From NCBI GenBank assembly GCA_041666745.1, contig JBAYGI010000004.1:3440-67439 (forward strand): a DNA stretch of 64,000 nt, read 5' to 3'. This DNA is from Candidatus Magasanikiibacteriota bacterium (GTDB lineage: Bacteria > Patescibacteriota > Patescibacteriia > Magasanikbacterales > GWA2-37-8). Under the pieces are notes generated by a model. The model saw nothing but the letters and a program-made list of their open reading frames with translations. It searched no databases and had not been told where the DNA came from. Positions 45,572-55,363 of the stretch are shown here, in pieces; position 1 is the first letter of the stretch, and every line of letters begins with the position of its first letter. A program made the position numbers and the translations under genes.

Positions 45572-46720
45572 ATGCGTGTTCGCCATACAGAAACTCGCGC
45601 TCAATTTTCTGAGCCATCAGTCAATTTTTATCGCACGATTGCTTTGTCCTTTTTAATTATAACTGTTGTCTTGTTGGCGGTGGTAGTTTTTGTAACCTCA
45701 AAAAAAGCTACGATTACTATTTTGGCCAAAGAAGATACTAGAAGTGTCAATTTGACCGTGGGTTTGAATGCTGGTGGAGGATCTCCTGACGTCAACACTA
45801 TTGTTGGTACGGTTTCTTCATCGGTAGTAAATTTTTCACAAAAATATTTTCCAACCGGTTCGAAAACTATCGAGGGTTTGGCTGGTGGTGAAGTAACTAT
45901 TTATAACAAAACCAACGAACCGCAAGTTTTGGTTAAAACTACCAGACTGCAGACTGAAAAAGGAATTTTGTTTAGATTATCTGACAAAGTTTCCGTCCCA
46001 GCCAACGGTCAAATTGTCGCCACAGTTTATGCTGACAAAGCTGGGGCTGAAAGCGATATTGGACCGAGTAAATTTATTATCCCAGGTTTGGATGCCGACA
46101 AACAAAAAGTGGTTTATGCCGAGAGTCTGAAACCAATGGATACCGGTGTTCGCAAAGTGGGCATTTTGACTGAGGATGATGTAAAAGCGGCCAGTAAAGA
46201 TTTTGAAGAAAAAATCAAAGAACAATATGGTACAATTTCGGTAGATGAAAATATAAAAAAAGTAGTCACGGTGACTGGAGCAAGCCCAATATCTGATAAA
46301 AAAGTCGGTGAAGAAGTGGACGGATTCAATTTGAGTGGCACTAGCACAGTAGTAATAATTTCTTATGACAAAACCGCTCTAAATGATGTTGTGTCCAAAG
46401 TAATTTCATCAAAAGTGGATAATACCTTAGAAAAAGTTTTGACTGTCACCAATGATCCAAAAGTAAGCGTGGCCTCATATGATTCGGCCAACAAAACCGC
46501 TCAGTTGTCTGTTGCTCAAGATGTGTTAGTCACATTGGATGCCAATGCCGAAAAACTATCACCACAATATTTTATGGACAAAAACAAAGATGATATCGAA
46601 AGATATGTGTTTGAGCTCAATCATGTGGCTGGTGTGGAAGTAAAGTTTTCGCCATCATGGATTAGTAAAGCGCCAAGCGTACCAGACAAGATAAAGGTGA
46701 TAGTAAAGAACGTAAAATAA
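45572..46720 (+). CDS. Membrane-anchored baseplate-J-like domain protein (CPR conserved)
   Basis: N-terminal TM; 'AGGEVTIYN..LVKTTRL..GILFRL..VPANG..VYADKAG..FIIPGL'. Confidence 0.7.
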   Translation: MRVRHTETRAQFSEPSVNFYRTIALSFLIITVVLLAVVVFVTSKKATITILAKEDTRSVNLTVGLNAGGGSPDVNTIVGTVSSSVVNFSQKYFPTGSKTIEGLAGGEVTIYNKTNEPQVLVKTTRLQTEKGILFRLSDKVSVPANGQIVATVYADKAGAESDIGPSKFIIPGLDADKQKVVYAESLKPMDTGVRKVGILTEDDVKAASKDFEEKIKEQYGTISVDENIKKVVTVTGASPISDKKVGEEVDGFNLSGTSTVVIISYDKTALNDVVSKVISSKVDNTLEKVLTVTNDPKVSVASYDSANKTAQLSVAQDVLVTLDANAEKLSPQYFMDKNKDDIERYVFELNHVAGVEVKFSPSWISKAPSVPDKIKVIVKNVK

Positions 46721-46813
46721 TAATTTGACTTATTTCGGACTTTAATTTACTATACAATCGATATCTTTGCTTAGATATCGGTTTTTTATTTAAAATAATT
46801 AAAAAATGTTTAT

Positions 46814-48598
46814 ATGGATAAAGAACAATTGGAAATCATGCGTCATAGTTGCGCGCATTTGGTAGCAGCGGCGGTACAAAAAATGTACCCCCAAGCGAAG
46901 TTTGGAGTGGGTCCAACCGTAGAAAATGGTTTTTATTATGATATTGATTTTGGTACCGCGATTAATGATGGGGATTTGCAAAAAATCGAAAATTGCGCTC
47001 GCGAATTGGCCAAAGGGAAATTAAAATATGAACGCCAAGAGTTGCCGATCGATGAGGCGATAAAATTGTTTGATGATTTGAAACAAAATTATAAAGTAGA
47101 ACTATTACACGATATAAAAGAAAAAGGTACAACTAAAGTACATAGTGAAGAAAAAAAAGAAACAGTGGATTCAGTATCCATATATACTACCGGTGAGTTT
47201 GTGGATTTGTGTCGTGGTCCACATCTAAAAAATACTAGTGAAATTGGTGTGTTTAAACTTACTAAATTGGCTGGTGCTTATTGGCGCGGAAAAAGTGAAA
47301 ATCCACAACTGACTCGTATTTATGGGGTTTGTTTTGCCACCCCAGCTGAATGGGAGGAGTATTTAAAAATGTTGGAAGAAGCTGAAAAGCGTGACCATCG
47401 TAAAATAGGCGCTGAGCAAGATCTGTTTTTCTTTGATGATAAAGTTGGTAAAGGTTTGGTAATGTGGTTGCCAAACGGCACGATAATTCGTAATGAAATA
47501 GAAAAATTGGCTACAGATTTTGAACGTGCGGCTGGTTATGTGCGTGTGCGTACACCTCATTTGGCCAAAGAAGAACTATATTTGACTTCCGGGCACTTGC
47601 CATATTACAAAGATAGTATGTATCCGGCTATGGAAATGGATGATGGTACTTATTATCTCAAAGCGATGAATTGTCCGCACCATCATACTATTTTTAATCA
47701 CAACAAACATAGTTATCGCGATCTGCCTTTGCGTATTGCCGAATATGGCGAATGTTATCGCAATGAGTTGTCTGGAACTTTGGCTGGTTTGTTGCGGGTG
47801 CGTTGCATGGCCATGAATGACGCTCATATTTATTGCCGAAAAGATCAAATAAAAAATGAATTCAAGAGTGTGATAGATTTGATGATTAAATATTTTAAAA
47901 TATTTGGCTTGGAAAATTATTGGTTTAGACTTTCCAAATGGAGTCCTGATCATTTGGAAAAATACATCAACGAGCCAACCAATTGGGAATATTCAGAAGG
48001 GATAATTCGTGAGGTTTTACAAGAAATGGAAGTACCTTTTGTGGAAGCGGAAGATGAAGCGGCTTTTTACGGTCCAAAAGTGGATGTGATGTTTAAGTCT
48101 ATTGTCGGGAGAGAAGAAACCATGTCCACTGTGCAATTGGATTTTGCCGCAAAACAAAAATTCGGTTTAAATTATGTGGATGAAACTGGACAAGATAATA
48201 ACGAAGTGTTTGTTATTCATCGCGCACCACTTTCTACTCACGAACGCTTTACCGCCTTTTTGATAGAGCATTACGGTGGTCGTTGGCCAGTATGGTTGTG
48301 TCCAACTCAAATAGTGTTGGTGCCGGTGACTGACAAGCACGCTGAAGGGGCAAAAAAGATAGAACAGGAGCTATTTGATTTGAACATACGGGTGGAGAGT
48401 GATAGTGCCAACGAAACTTTGGGCAACCGAGTGCGTAAAGCGGCCAGTAGACAAGTGTCATACATCATTGTGGTGGGAGACAAAGAGCTTGCTGGTGAAG
48501 ATTGGATGATTCGTGTGCGTGGGCAGAAAGATCAGATTAAAATGAGCAAGGCTGAATTTATTGCCAAAATTCAACAGGAAATTAAAGATAGGGTGTAA
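46814..48598 (+). CDS. thrS: Threonine--tRNA ligase
   Basis: 'RHSCAH', 'DLCRGPH', 'RDHRKIG', 'MNCP', 'AAFYGPK', 'IHRA'. Confidence 0.98.
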   Translation: MDKEQLEIMRHSCAHLVAAAVQKMYPQAKFGVGPTVENGFYYDIDFGTAINDGDLQKIENCARELAKGKLKYERQELPIDEAIKLFDDLKQNYKVELLHDIKEKGTTKVHSEEKKETVDSVSIYTTGEFVDLCRGPHLKNTSEIGVFKLTKLAGAYWRGKSENPQLTRIYGVCFATPAEWEEYLKMLEEAEKRDHRKIGAEQDLFFFDDKVGKGLVMWLPNGTIIRNEIEKLATDFERAAGYVRVRTPHLAKEELYLTSGHLPYYKDSMYPAMEMDDGTYYLKAMNCPHHHTIFNHNKHSYRDLPLRIAEYGECYRNELSGTLAGLLRVRCMAMNDAHIYCRKDQIKNEFKSVIDLMIKYFKIFGLENYWFRLSKWSPDHLEKYINEPTNWEYSEGIIREVLQEMEVPFVEAEDEAAFYGPKVDVMFKSIVGREETMSTVQLDFAAKQKFGLNYVDETGQDNNEVFVIHRAPLSTHERFTAFLIEHYGGRWPVWLCPTQIVLVPVTDKHAEGAKKIEQELFDLNIRVESDSANETLGNRVRKAASRQVSYIIVVGDKELAGEDWMIRVRGQKDQIKMSKAEFIAKIQQEIKDRV

Positions 48599-48618
48599 AG
48601 GAGTGTTATGATGTGGTT

Positions 48619-49545
48619 ATGTCAAAAATCCCCAAAATTGTTGTTATTTTAGGTCCTACGGCGAGCGGAAAAACCAATCTTGGTGTTGTTTTGGCGCGGG
48701 AATTTAACGGTGAAATTATCAATGCCGATTCTAGGCAAGTTTACAAAGAAATGGATGTCGCTACCGCCAAACCACACAAAGATGTAGGGTGCAAAAAGGG
48801 CGAATATGTTTTTCAAGGAATCACGCATCATTTGATGAATATCGTCAAGCCAAATGAGCGATTCACCTTGTCTGATTTTAAAGAACGGGCAAGTTTGGTA
48901 ATTGCCGATATTTTATCTCGTGGTAAATTACCGATAGTGGTTGGTGGTACCGGATTATATATTTGGTCGTTGGTGGATAATTTGGATATCCCAAAAGTAA
49001 AGCCAAATATTAAGTTGCGTAAAAGTTTTGATAAGAAAACTTTGGACGAGTTGGTCAAATTGTTAAAAAATATTGATCAGGCAACCGCTAAAAAAATTGA
49101 TTTAAAAAATCGTCGTCGAGTAATTCGTGCCTTGGAAGTGGCCATTAGCAGTGGTGAATCTTTTGTTGCGCAAACTACCAAATCTGCGCCACTTTATGAT
49201 GTTTTGCAAATTGGTATAAAATGTGACCGGGAAAAACTCTATCAAAATATTAATAGTCGTATTGATCAACAAATGCAATCCGGTCTGGTGGAAGAAACTA
49301 AAAAATTGGCCAAAAAATATTCTTGGGATTTGCCAAGCATGAGTAGTATTGGCTACAAACAAATTGGAAGTTATTTGCGAGGGGAGATGTCGTTAGCAGA
49401 TGCAGTCGAACGGTTCAAGAGAGATACCCGTCGATATGCCAAACGACAAGAGACTTGGTTTAAGCGCGATAAACGAATCGTATGGATACCGTTGGAAGAT
49501 TTTGATGGCGCGAAATTAATTGTTGAGAGGTATCTCGTCACCTAA
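48619..49545 (+). CDS. miaA: tRNA dimethylallyltransferase
   Basis: 'GPTASGKT', 'NADSRQVY', 'VGGTGLY', 'IGYKQ', 'YAKRQETWF'. Confidence 0.97.
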   Translation: MSKIPKIVVILGPTASGKTNLGVVLAREFNGEIINADSRQVYKEMDVATAKPHKDVGCKKGEYVFQGITHHLMNIVKPNERFTLSDFKERASLVIADILSRGKLPIVVGGTGLYIWSLVDNLDIPKVKPNIKLRKSFDKKTLDELVKLLKNIDQATAKKIDLKNRRRVIRALEVAISSGESFVAQTTKSAPLYDVLQIGIKCDREKLYQNINSRIDQQMQSGLVEETKKLAKKYSWDLPSMSSIGYKQIGSYLRGEMSLADAVERFKRDTRRYAKRQETWFKRDKRIVWIPLEDFDGAKLIVERYLVT

Positions 49546-51360
49546 CATTTCCAGCTTCTTTCCGCTGATAGTATCGTCAGCGACAATATGGATTTTTGAG
49601 ACCAAAGTATTTTGAGTCGGGTCTTTTTTGTTGATAACAACTGTAAATGGCAGATCCAGCACATCGGTATTTTCAGTCATCTCCGGTATGATCCAGACCA
49701 GATGTTTGGTTTTTGGATCAAAGGTCACAGTGCCGGCTGATGTGGAAGAAGGTCCTTGCCAAATTATGTCACCAAAAACATCAGCGGAGAGTGTCATGTT
49801 TTTGAGTGGGTGGTAAGTGTTGTTTAGTACCCAAGTAATATTGTGTTGTTCTTTTTCTTGGCTGTTGCTACTGATTTCATTTTTTACTTGGATGGACAGA
49901 TCTGAATTGAGAGTGATGTTTATTGGGTTACCGCTAATCGTTTGGGTAGTTTTGGTGGAGTCGTTAAAAGTCAATTCGGCGGTTATTTTAATTTGATTAT
50001 TTTCGATACTATTCCAAGGAGCGGCGTCACTATTTTTGATAGGCAACTGAAAGTCCAGAGAAACTTCATCGCCGGCTTTGATTTTACTTAAACCAGTTAA
50101 TTTACTACCGTTCCAAGCTAGGTTGGCACGACGAATTTGTTCAGCTACTTGCGATCCGGTAATATCACCATCATTTTTATCGGCTATATCAGCCCAACCC
50201 AAAACACTTTGTTTTTTATAGGATGGCGAATCGACAGTAAGTTTTATTTGAGCTTTGTCGATATTTTCTTTACCGGAATTTTTTACTAAAACTGTAAAAT
50301 TTAAGATGTCACCCGGTTTGGATTCCATGTCGGTAAGCGAGCCGTTGATAGCCACGTTGATTGTTATCGCATTTTTTATAATTTCGGTATTGAGGGTAGC
50401 TTCTGAGAGGAGATAGCTGTCTTTATTGGAGTTCGCTAATTTTACTTGTACTTTTAGTGGTACGGTATTTTCATCGGTTAAAGAAAATTTGCCGATAAAA
50501 TTGATAGTATATTTAGAAATATTTTCTGTGGAGGTGGACGGTTTGAGTTTCCAGATATTTTTTTCCAGCGGAATGGATGAAGATGAAATAGAAAAGCTGG
50601 CAGGGAAAACCGGAACGATTTCTAAATTTTTTCCTACCAAGTTATCTTTGCTCTCAACGGTAATAGTGTAGTTGGTCGGTGTGCCTAGGGCAATTTTATC
50701 TATGCCGGTGAGTGAAATAATGATGGGCGCTTGTGTAGGGTTTACATTGAGTGTAGCTATTTTTTGCATTTCTGATTTGAAATTTTCCGGAGTATAGTTG
50801 AACAATACCCGCCAAGATTGCGCATCTCCCAATGATCCAAATAAATTGCCGGTGATTTGTAAAGTTTTTTCTTCATTTGGTTTTAAACTTCCAATATCCC
50901 ATTCATTTTTACCGATATTTTTTGGTTCCAACGAACTTTGTGAATATACAAAACCGGATGGGTAATTGGCGGTTAAATTAACTTTGTTGAGTGTGACGCT
51001 TTGATTGTTTTTGAAAATAATTTGGTAGGTGGTGGTAGCGCCAATAGTGAAATTTTCCGGACCGACTATTTTTAGATCCAACTGAGCATCAGAAAATTTA
51101 TTGGCCATTGGTAAAAAGAAAAATCCGGCCCAGGCCAAGGCGGCTAAAATGGCTATTGAAAATAAAAACTTGAATAAACCACCAACAAACGATCCTGTTT
51201 TAGCCTTTTTTATTTTGCGCATATCTGGCATGTGGCCGGTGTCATCTTTGTATATGTTGGTCAACTGACGTTCGATTTTTTGTTCAGCGAAGCTTTCTTC
51301 TTTGGGTGAACTGAGCTTTGTCACGCGACGTCGAGGTTTTTTTGGTGTTGAGTTTTCCAT
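49516..51360 (-). CDS. Membrane-anchored protein with Ig-like (DUF11-like) extracellular domains
   Basis: Single TM followed by beta-rich repeats such as 'WDIGSLKPNEEKTLQITG'. Confidence 0.7.
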   Translation of the reverse strand: MENSTPKKPRRRVTKLSSPKEESFAEQKIERQLTNIYKDDTGHMPDMRKIKKAKTGSFVGGLFKFLFSIAILAALAWAGFFFLPMANKFSDAQLDLKIVGPENFTIGATTTYQIIFKNNQSVTLNKVNLTANYPSGFVYSQSSLEPKNIGKNEWDIGSLKPNEEKTLQITGNLFGSLGDAQSWRVLFNYTPENFKSEMQKIATLNVNPTQAPIIISLTGIDKIALGTPTNYTITVESKDNLVGKNLEIVPVFPASFSISSSSIPLEKNIWKLKPSTSTENISKYTINFIGKFSLTDENTVPLKVQVKLANSNKDSYLLSEATLNTEIIKNAITINVAINGSLTDMESKPGDILNFTVLVKNSGKENIDKAQIKLTVDSPSYKKQSVLGWADIADKNDGDITGSQVAEQIRRANLAWNGSKLTGLSKIKAGDEVSLDFQLPIKNSDAAPWNSIENNQIKITAELTFNDSTKTTQTISGNPINITLNSDLSIQVKNEISSNSQEKEQHNITWVLNNTYHPLKNMTLSADVFGDIIWQGPSSTSAGTVTFDPKTKHLVWIIPEMTENTDVLDLPFTVVINKKDPTQNTLVSKIHIVADDTISGKKLEMLGDEIPLNN

Positions 51361-51383
51361 AAATATATAATTATTTTTTTATT

Positions 51384-53861
51384 TTATTTTTCCATTACCA
51401 GACCCCAGATACGATCAGTGTCTAAGGTGAGTGGGGGAATGCTAGCGCCATTTTTTGCCAATTCAATTCCTTCGCCCTCTTGGTAGTTTGGTTTCCAGTC
51501 AGCTGGGAAAATTATTTGGCTTTCAAACGAACTGTTGATACCGGATTGTTTTTGTACTACCAATTGATAACGTTGCGCTTGTTTGGAGTCGATTATTTTT
51601 TGCCAAGAACTGTTGTTGGTTTGACTGATGTCGGTAAGCGTAAAAGGCAATTTATAAGTAAATTCAATTTGACTGGTTTGTCCTGGTTCGGTAATCACCC
51701 AATTACCAAACGCAGTTTTGTCAAATTCTTCGGTTATTCTGGTGCCGGTACGCTCGTCTATTTTTATTTCTTTTTCTGTTTGTTTTAAAAATTCGTCTAT
51801 TTTGTATGTTTTATCCGGTACCTTGAAACTGTTTTCTTCCGGCCAAGTGAAACCACTGGCAGAAATTAATTCACTGTTTTTCGGAACATACAAACGAATA
51901 TAGTCGATATTGGCGGCACCATATAATTTTTCTTCAGCATTGCCGGTATGAGTGCGGGAAATAACGACGGTATCAGTAATAGTACCATCGTTTTGCACGA
52001 TAGCTTGGTGACTGATGGTTTGTTTTATTTTATCATCACTTTTTTGACCTTGGATGTTGGTGTTGAATACAGCTAGATAATCTTGGTGATCATTGGTATC
52101 TAAAATTTTTCCACTCCAACCTAGCTGATCTACTGCCGATTGAGCGGTTTGGTCGGTAAAATATGCCTGTACTTCTTTTTTGGACAAAGCTTCTTGTAAG
52201 TTGATAATCAGTGGAATCAGATCTTTTGGTTGACTGTTTTTAAAATGGTCGATAAATTGAGGCGCCAAATCTGAAAGAATTTGTTTTGGTTTGTGGTCCT
52301 TTTTTTCTGGACCCTCCTCGACTACTTGCTGAATTGTTTTGAGAGCATTGTCGGAAGAAAGTGTAAGACCACGTTTGTCGTCAGTAATTGGTCCGGTGAT
52401 GGCCAGTAATCTTTCGAGCACTTCGGCATTGATAGCAATCACACCATCAACTGTAACTTTGCGACTATGACGATAAAACCACATCATTTTTTGAGCACTA
52501 GCTGGAAAATTCGGGAACCAATTTGAGTCTTGGAATTCCCAGCGTTTGTTGGATAGCAACAATGGGGTAGGTGGTTCTAAAAATTGATCCAACTGCCCTT
52601 GTAAATCATAGCTACCACCGGCAGGAACGTCCAAATTTATGACTTTTCCATCTTTGACATCCATTATGGCAATACTTCCTATAAATCCACCGGTAGGACG
52701 CAATTCACTTGGATTTTGGAAGGCCAACAAATAACGTCGTTGACCCTGAGTGCCAAAAATTTCTTTTATGGCACCGTTTAAATCGGATAAATTTTGGAGA
52801 TCATGCAGAACGGCAGTAAAGATGATCTTGAATTCTTTGTATGGTCCTTGGTATTCCAATGGTAATGAATCCGGATTGACTGTATCTAAATAAGCCAGTG
52901 CTGATTTGTAGTTTGGTATGGCAGCGGATAAATGGTCGTTAAAAATTCCCAGTCTGGTGCTGATAGTACTGCTGGTGTCGGCCTGACTATCCGCGATGCC
53001 TTTGAGAAAAAAAGTATTACCCTGGGCGATTTTTTGGCCGGCTAGCAATAATGATTGACGACTTTTTACTTCACTGTCTAATATCGGAACAACAGAAACG
53101 ATTTTTTGTAAAAATTGATGTTTGTTTTGCATGGTTTCAACCGCCAAACCAAAACTTTTCAAGGCGTCATCGATAGCATTTTGAGCAGTTGGCAAATCAG
53201 CCTGCATCAGTGCGGCGGTGGAATTTTGCAGTGACAAAAACCCCGCAGTACTGTCTTCGGTGATTTTATTTTTGGTCAGTTTTACATCTTGGTAATAACT
53301 ACTGGCTGAGCTAGGAGCGATAATGATTATGATCAAAATAGCCGTGGCGACCGCTAGGCGTTGTAAGAAAAAATTTTCTTTGATGAAGGTTTTGAGTGCT
53401 GGCCACTTTGGGTGTTCACTGTTTTTTGGTTTTTTGGGTGACAAATTTGCCGGTAAGGTGGTTATCGAGATTGGTTCAGTTTGAGATAAAGGTGCAAATA
53501 TTTTTTGGTTGATGTCTTTTGGCTCGAATGTTTTTGATGATTGTATTTCTTGTTTTATTTTTTCATAAGCGGCATTAAAATCTATCGAACGGTTTTTTTC
53601 CGGGGCAATTGTGGCTACACTGTGCCAAGCTGGAGAGGTGTCCTGTTTTAAATTAACAACATGTGGTGAACCAACCGGTGAATTGGAAACATGGTGTACA
53701 AAAAACTTGATTGGCGCGGTCGAGGTGTGAGAAGAATTTACATTGATAATGGAATTCAAATAATCAGCACAAGTGGATTTGTTGTGTCCCGGTTTATCGC
53801 AAAAAGCACAACGACGAAGTTGCGGTCTTTTTTTGTTGAACAATTTTGTTGTTCTTGTCAT
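51384..53861 (-). CDS. DUF4012 domain protein with N-terminal CCHC zinc knuckle
   Basis: 'YLLAFQNPSELRPTGGFIGS', 'DSNWFPNFP', 'DGVIA', 'YIRLYVP'; N-terminal CAFCDKPGHNKSTC. Confidence 0.85.
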   Translation of the reverse strand: MTRTTKLFNKKRPQLRRCAFCDKPGHNKSTCADYLNSIINVNSSHTSTAPIKFFVHHVSNSPVGSPHVVNLKQDTSPAWHSVATIAPEKNRSIDFNAAYEKIKQEIQSSKTFEPKDINQKIFAPLSQTEPISITTLPANLSPKKPKNSEHPKWPALKTFIKENFFLQRLAVATAILIIIIIAPSSASSYYQDVKLTKNKITEDSTAGFLSLQNSTAALMQADLPTAQNAIDDALKSFGLAVETMQNKHQFLQKIVSVVPILDSEVKSRQSLLLAGQKIAQGNTFFLKGIADSQADTSSTISTRLGIFNDHLSAAIPNYKSALAYLDTVNPDSLPLEYQGPYKEFKIIFTAVLHDLQNLSDLNGAIKEIFGTQGQRRYLLAFQNPSELRPTGGFIGSIAIMDVKDGKVINLDVPAGGSYDLQGQLDQFLEPPTPLLLSNKRWEFQDSNWFPNFPASAQKMMWFYRHSRKVTVDGVIAINAEVLERLLAITGPITDDKRGLTLSSDNALKTIQQVVEEGPEKKDHKPKQILSDLAPQFIDHFKNSQPKDLIPLIINLQEALSKKEVQAYFTDQTAQSAVDQLGWSGKILDTNDHQDYLAVFNTNIQGQKSDDKIKQTISHQAIVQNDGTITDTVVISRTHTGNAEEKLYGAANIDYIRLYVPKNSELISASGFTWPEENSFKVPDKTYKIDEFLKQTEKEIKIDERTGTRITEEFDKTAFGNWVITEPGQTSQIEFTYKLPFTLTDISQTNNSSWQKIIDSKQAQRYQLVVQKQSGINSSFESQIIFPADWKPNYQEGEGIELAKNGASIPPLTLDTDRIWGLVMEK

Positions 53862-53949
53862 CTTAAAAATTTTGGTGAATGTTTAGTTACTATATTATAC
53901 ACCTTTTTAAGCTGACGCGCATCTGAAAAAAATGGTAGTTATCCACTTT

Positions 53950-55068
53950 TTACTTGGCTTTATTATAAATTTGAAGAGTTTTGGAGGTGGTAATCTTCCA
54001 AGAGTATTTTTGCAGGATTTTTTGTCCTTTAATGATTAAGTTTTTGCGAATTTCAGTATCTTTAATCACCGTGTTGGCGGTATCGGCGATTGCTTGGGGG
54101 TCTTTTGGGTCAAAATAGACAGCGGCATCTTCCAAAATTTCCGGCAAACAAGTGTGGTTGGAAGCGATGACTGGCAAATTGTATTGCATGGCCTCTAGGG
54201 GAGGCAAACCGAAGCCCTCATAAAGAGTCGGAAAGACATATAGAGAAGCGTTACGATAAAGCTCGGGCAATTCAGCATCGGGGACAAAATCAGTGAGAAC
54301 GACATCCTTGACATTTTTTTGTTGAATATATTTTTCCAGCTGATGATAAAAATAATTCTTTTTTCCGGTTAGTACCAGTTGGTAGTTGTGATCGTGTTGT
54401 TGATAAAAAATTTCCCAAGCATCTATCAGTTTGGTCAGGTTTTTGTGTGGATAAGCCACCCCCACATATAGCCAATACGGTTTGGTGATGTCATATTTTT
54501 TGTATAAGGAAAATGGAATTTCAGCCACGGTTTTTTCAAGAGGCGATAGATAAATAACGGCTATTTTTTCAGGATCAATTTTCATGGTTTGCACAATATC
54601 CTGTTTGGTAAATTCACTGACCGTAATGATTGTTTTAGCCTTTTTTACCGCGTGGTTAAGAGCAAATCTGAACATCTTATTTTTAAACCAATAAAGCACC
54701 GGCCCGAGAGTGCTGGCGCGTCTGGTAGGAAAATGCAACAACAATAAATCATGGATAGTAACGACAAATTTTTTGTTATATAAAATTGGCACATTCCAAT
54801 GTGGAAAATGCATTAAATCTATTTTTTCCTTTCGTATAATTTTTGGAAATCGTAATTGTTCTTCCCAACCATACCATCCGATATCCGCCAAAACTTTTTT
54901 AAATTTTGAATTTACCGGATTAAAATCACCCCAATTTTCTTTACGCAAAAAAATTACATAAGTATTATCCGTGTCAATTTTTTCCAAATGAATAATCAAT
55001 TGTTCAATGTATCGCCCCAACCCACCCTGTCTAGAACCAAACATGCGGGCATCAATTCCAATTTGCAT
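53950..55068 (-). CDS. Glycosyltransferase family 4
   Basis: 'MQIGIDAR', 'VTIHDL', 'YEGFGLPPLEAM'; start set at 55068. Confidence 0.93.
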   Translation of the reverse strand: MQIGIDARMFGSRQGGLGRYIEQLIIHLEKIDTDNTYVIFLRKENWGDFNPVNSKFKKVLADIGWYGWEEQLRFPKIIRKEKIDLMHFPHWNVPILYNKKFVVTIHDLLLLHFPTRRASTLGPVLYWFKNKMFRFALNHAVKKAKTIITVSEFTKQDIVQTMKIDPEKIAVIYLSPLEKTVAEIPFSLYKKYDITKPYWLYVGVAYPHKNLTKLIDAWEIFYQQHDHNYQLVLTGKKNYFYHQLEKYIQQKNVKDVVLTDFVPDAELPELYRNASLYVFPTLYEGFGLPPLEAMQYNLPVIASNHTCLPEILEDAAVYFDPKDPQAIADTANTVIKDTEIRKNLIIKGQKILQKYSWKITTSKTLQIYNKAK

Positions 55069-55096
55069 AATATTATATTTATAATAAGAACATCTA

Positions 55097-55219
55097 GGTC
55101 GAGAGGATATTAATTTTCGCCGCGCGAATTGTTTGAAGTAGCGAGAACCAAAACCGCTGTCTGTCAAACTCCAAATTCGCTACAAGTCTGAGCGCAAGAA
55201 AATTGATATCCTCTCGACC
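55097..55219. repeat. 123-nt palindromic structured element
   Basis: 22-bp terminal inverted repeat GGTCGAGAGGATATTAATTTTC/GAAAATTGATATCCTCTCGACC (one T-G pair); inner GTAGCGA/TCGCTAC. Confidence 0.75.
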
Positions 55220-55363
55220 GTAAAATAATTAACCAATACTTTTTCAGCCGTAAAATAATTAAAATTAATTAACAGAATTCACTCTAAAATAGTATATCAG
55301 AGATGTCCGAAAATTGCCAAAAGTAGTTTTTTACTATATAATAAACCCGTCTAAATATTTCAT

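Noticed and set aside
45572-46720. Baseplate-J-like and BRO-N genes as evidence of a prophage
   Set aside because: No capsid, terminase, tail or integrase genes; the TM-anchored baseplate-J-like protein sits among housekeeping genes
46758-46787. thrS leader hairpin as a T-box or tRNA-Thr-mimic operator
   Set aside because: Too short for a T-box, and the loop (TTGCTT) has no Thr anticodon-like NGT; more likely a simple terminator
55097-55219. M-box or yybP riboswitch upstream of the MgtE/NRAMP genes
   Set aside because: No recognisable aptamer consensus, and the predicted MgtE promoter lies downstream of the element
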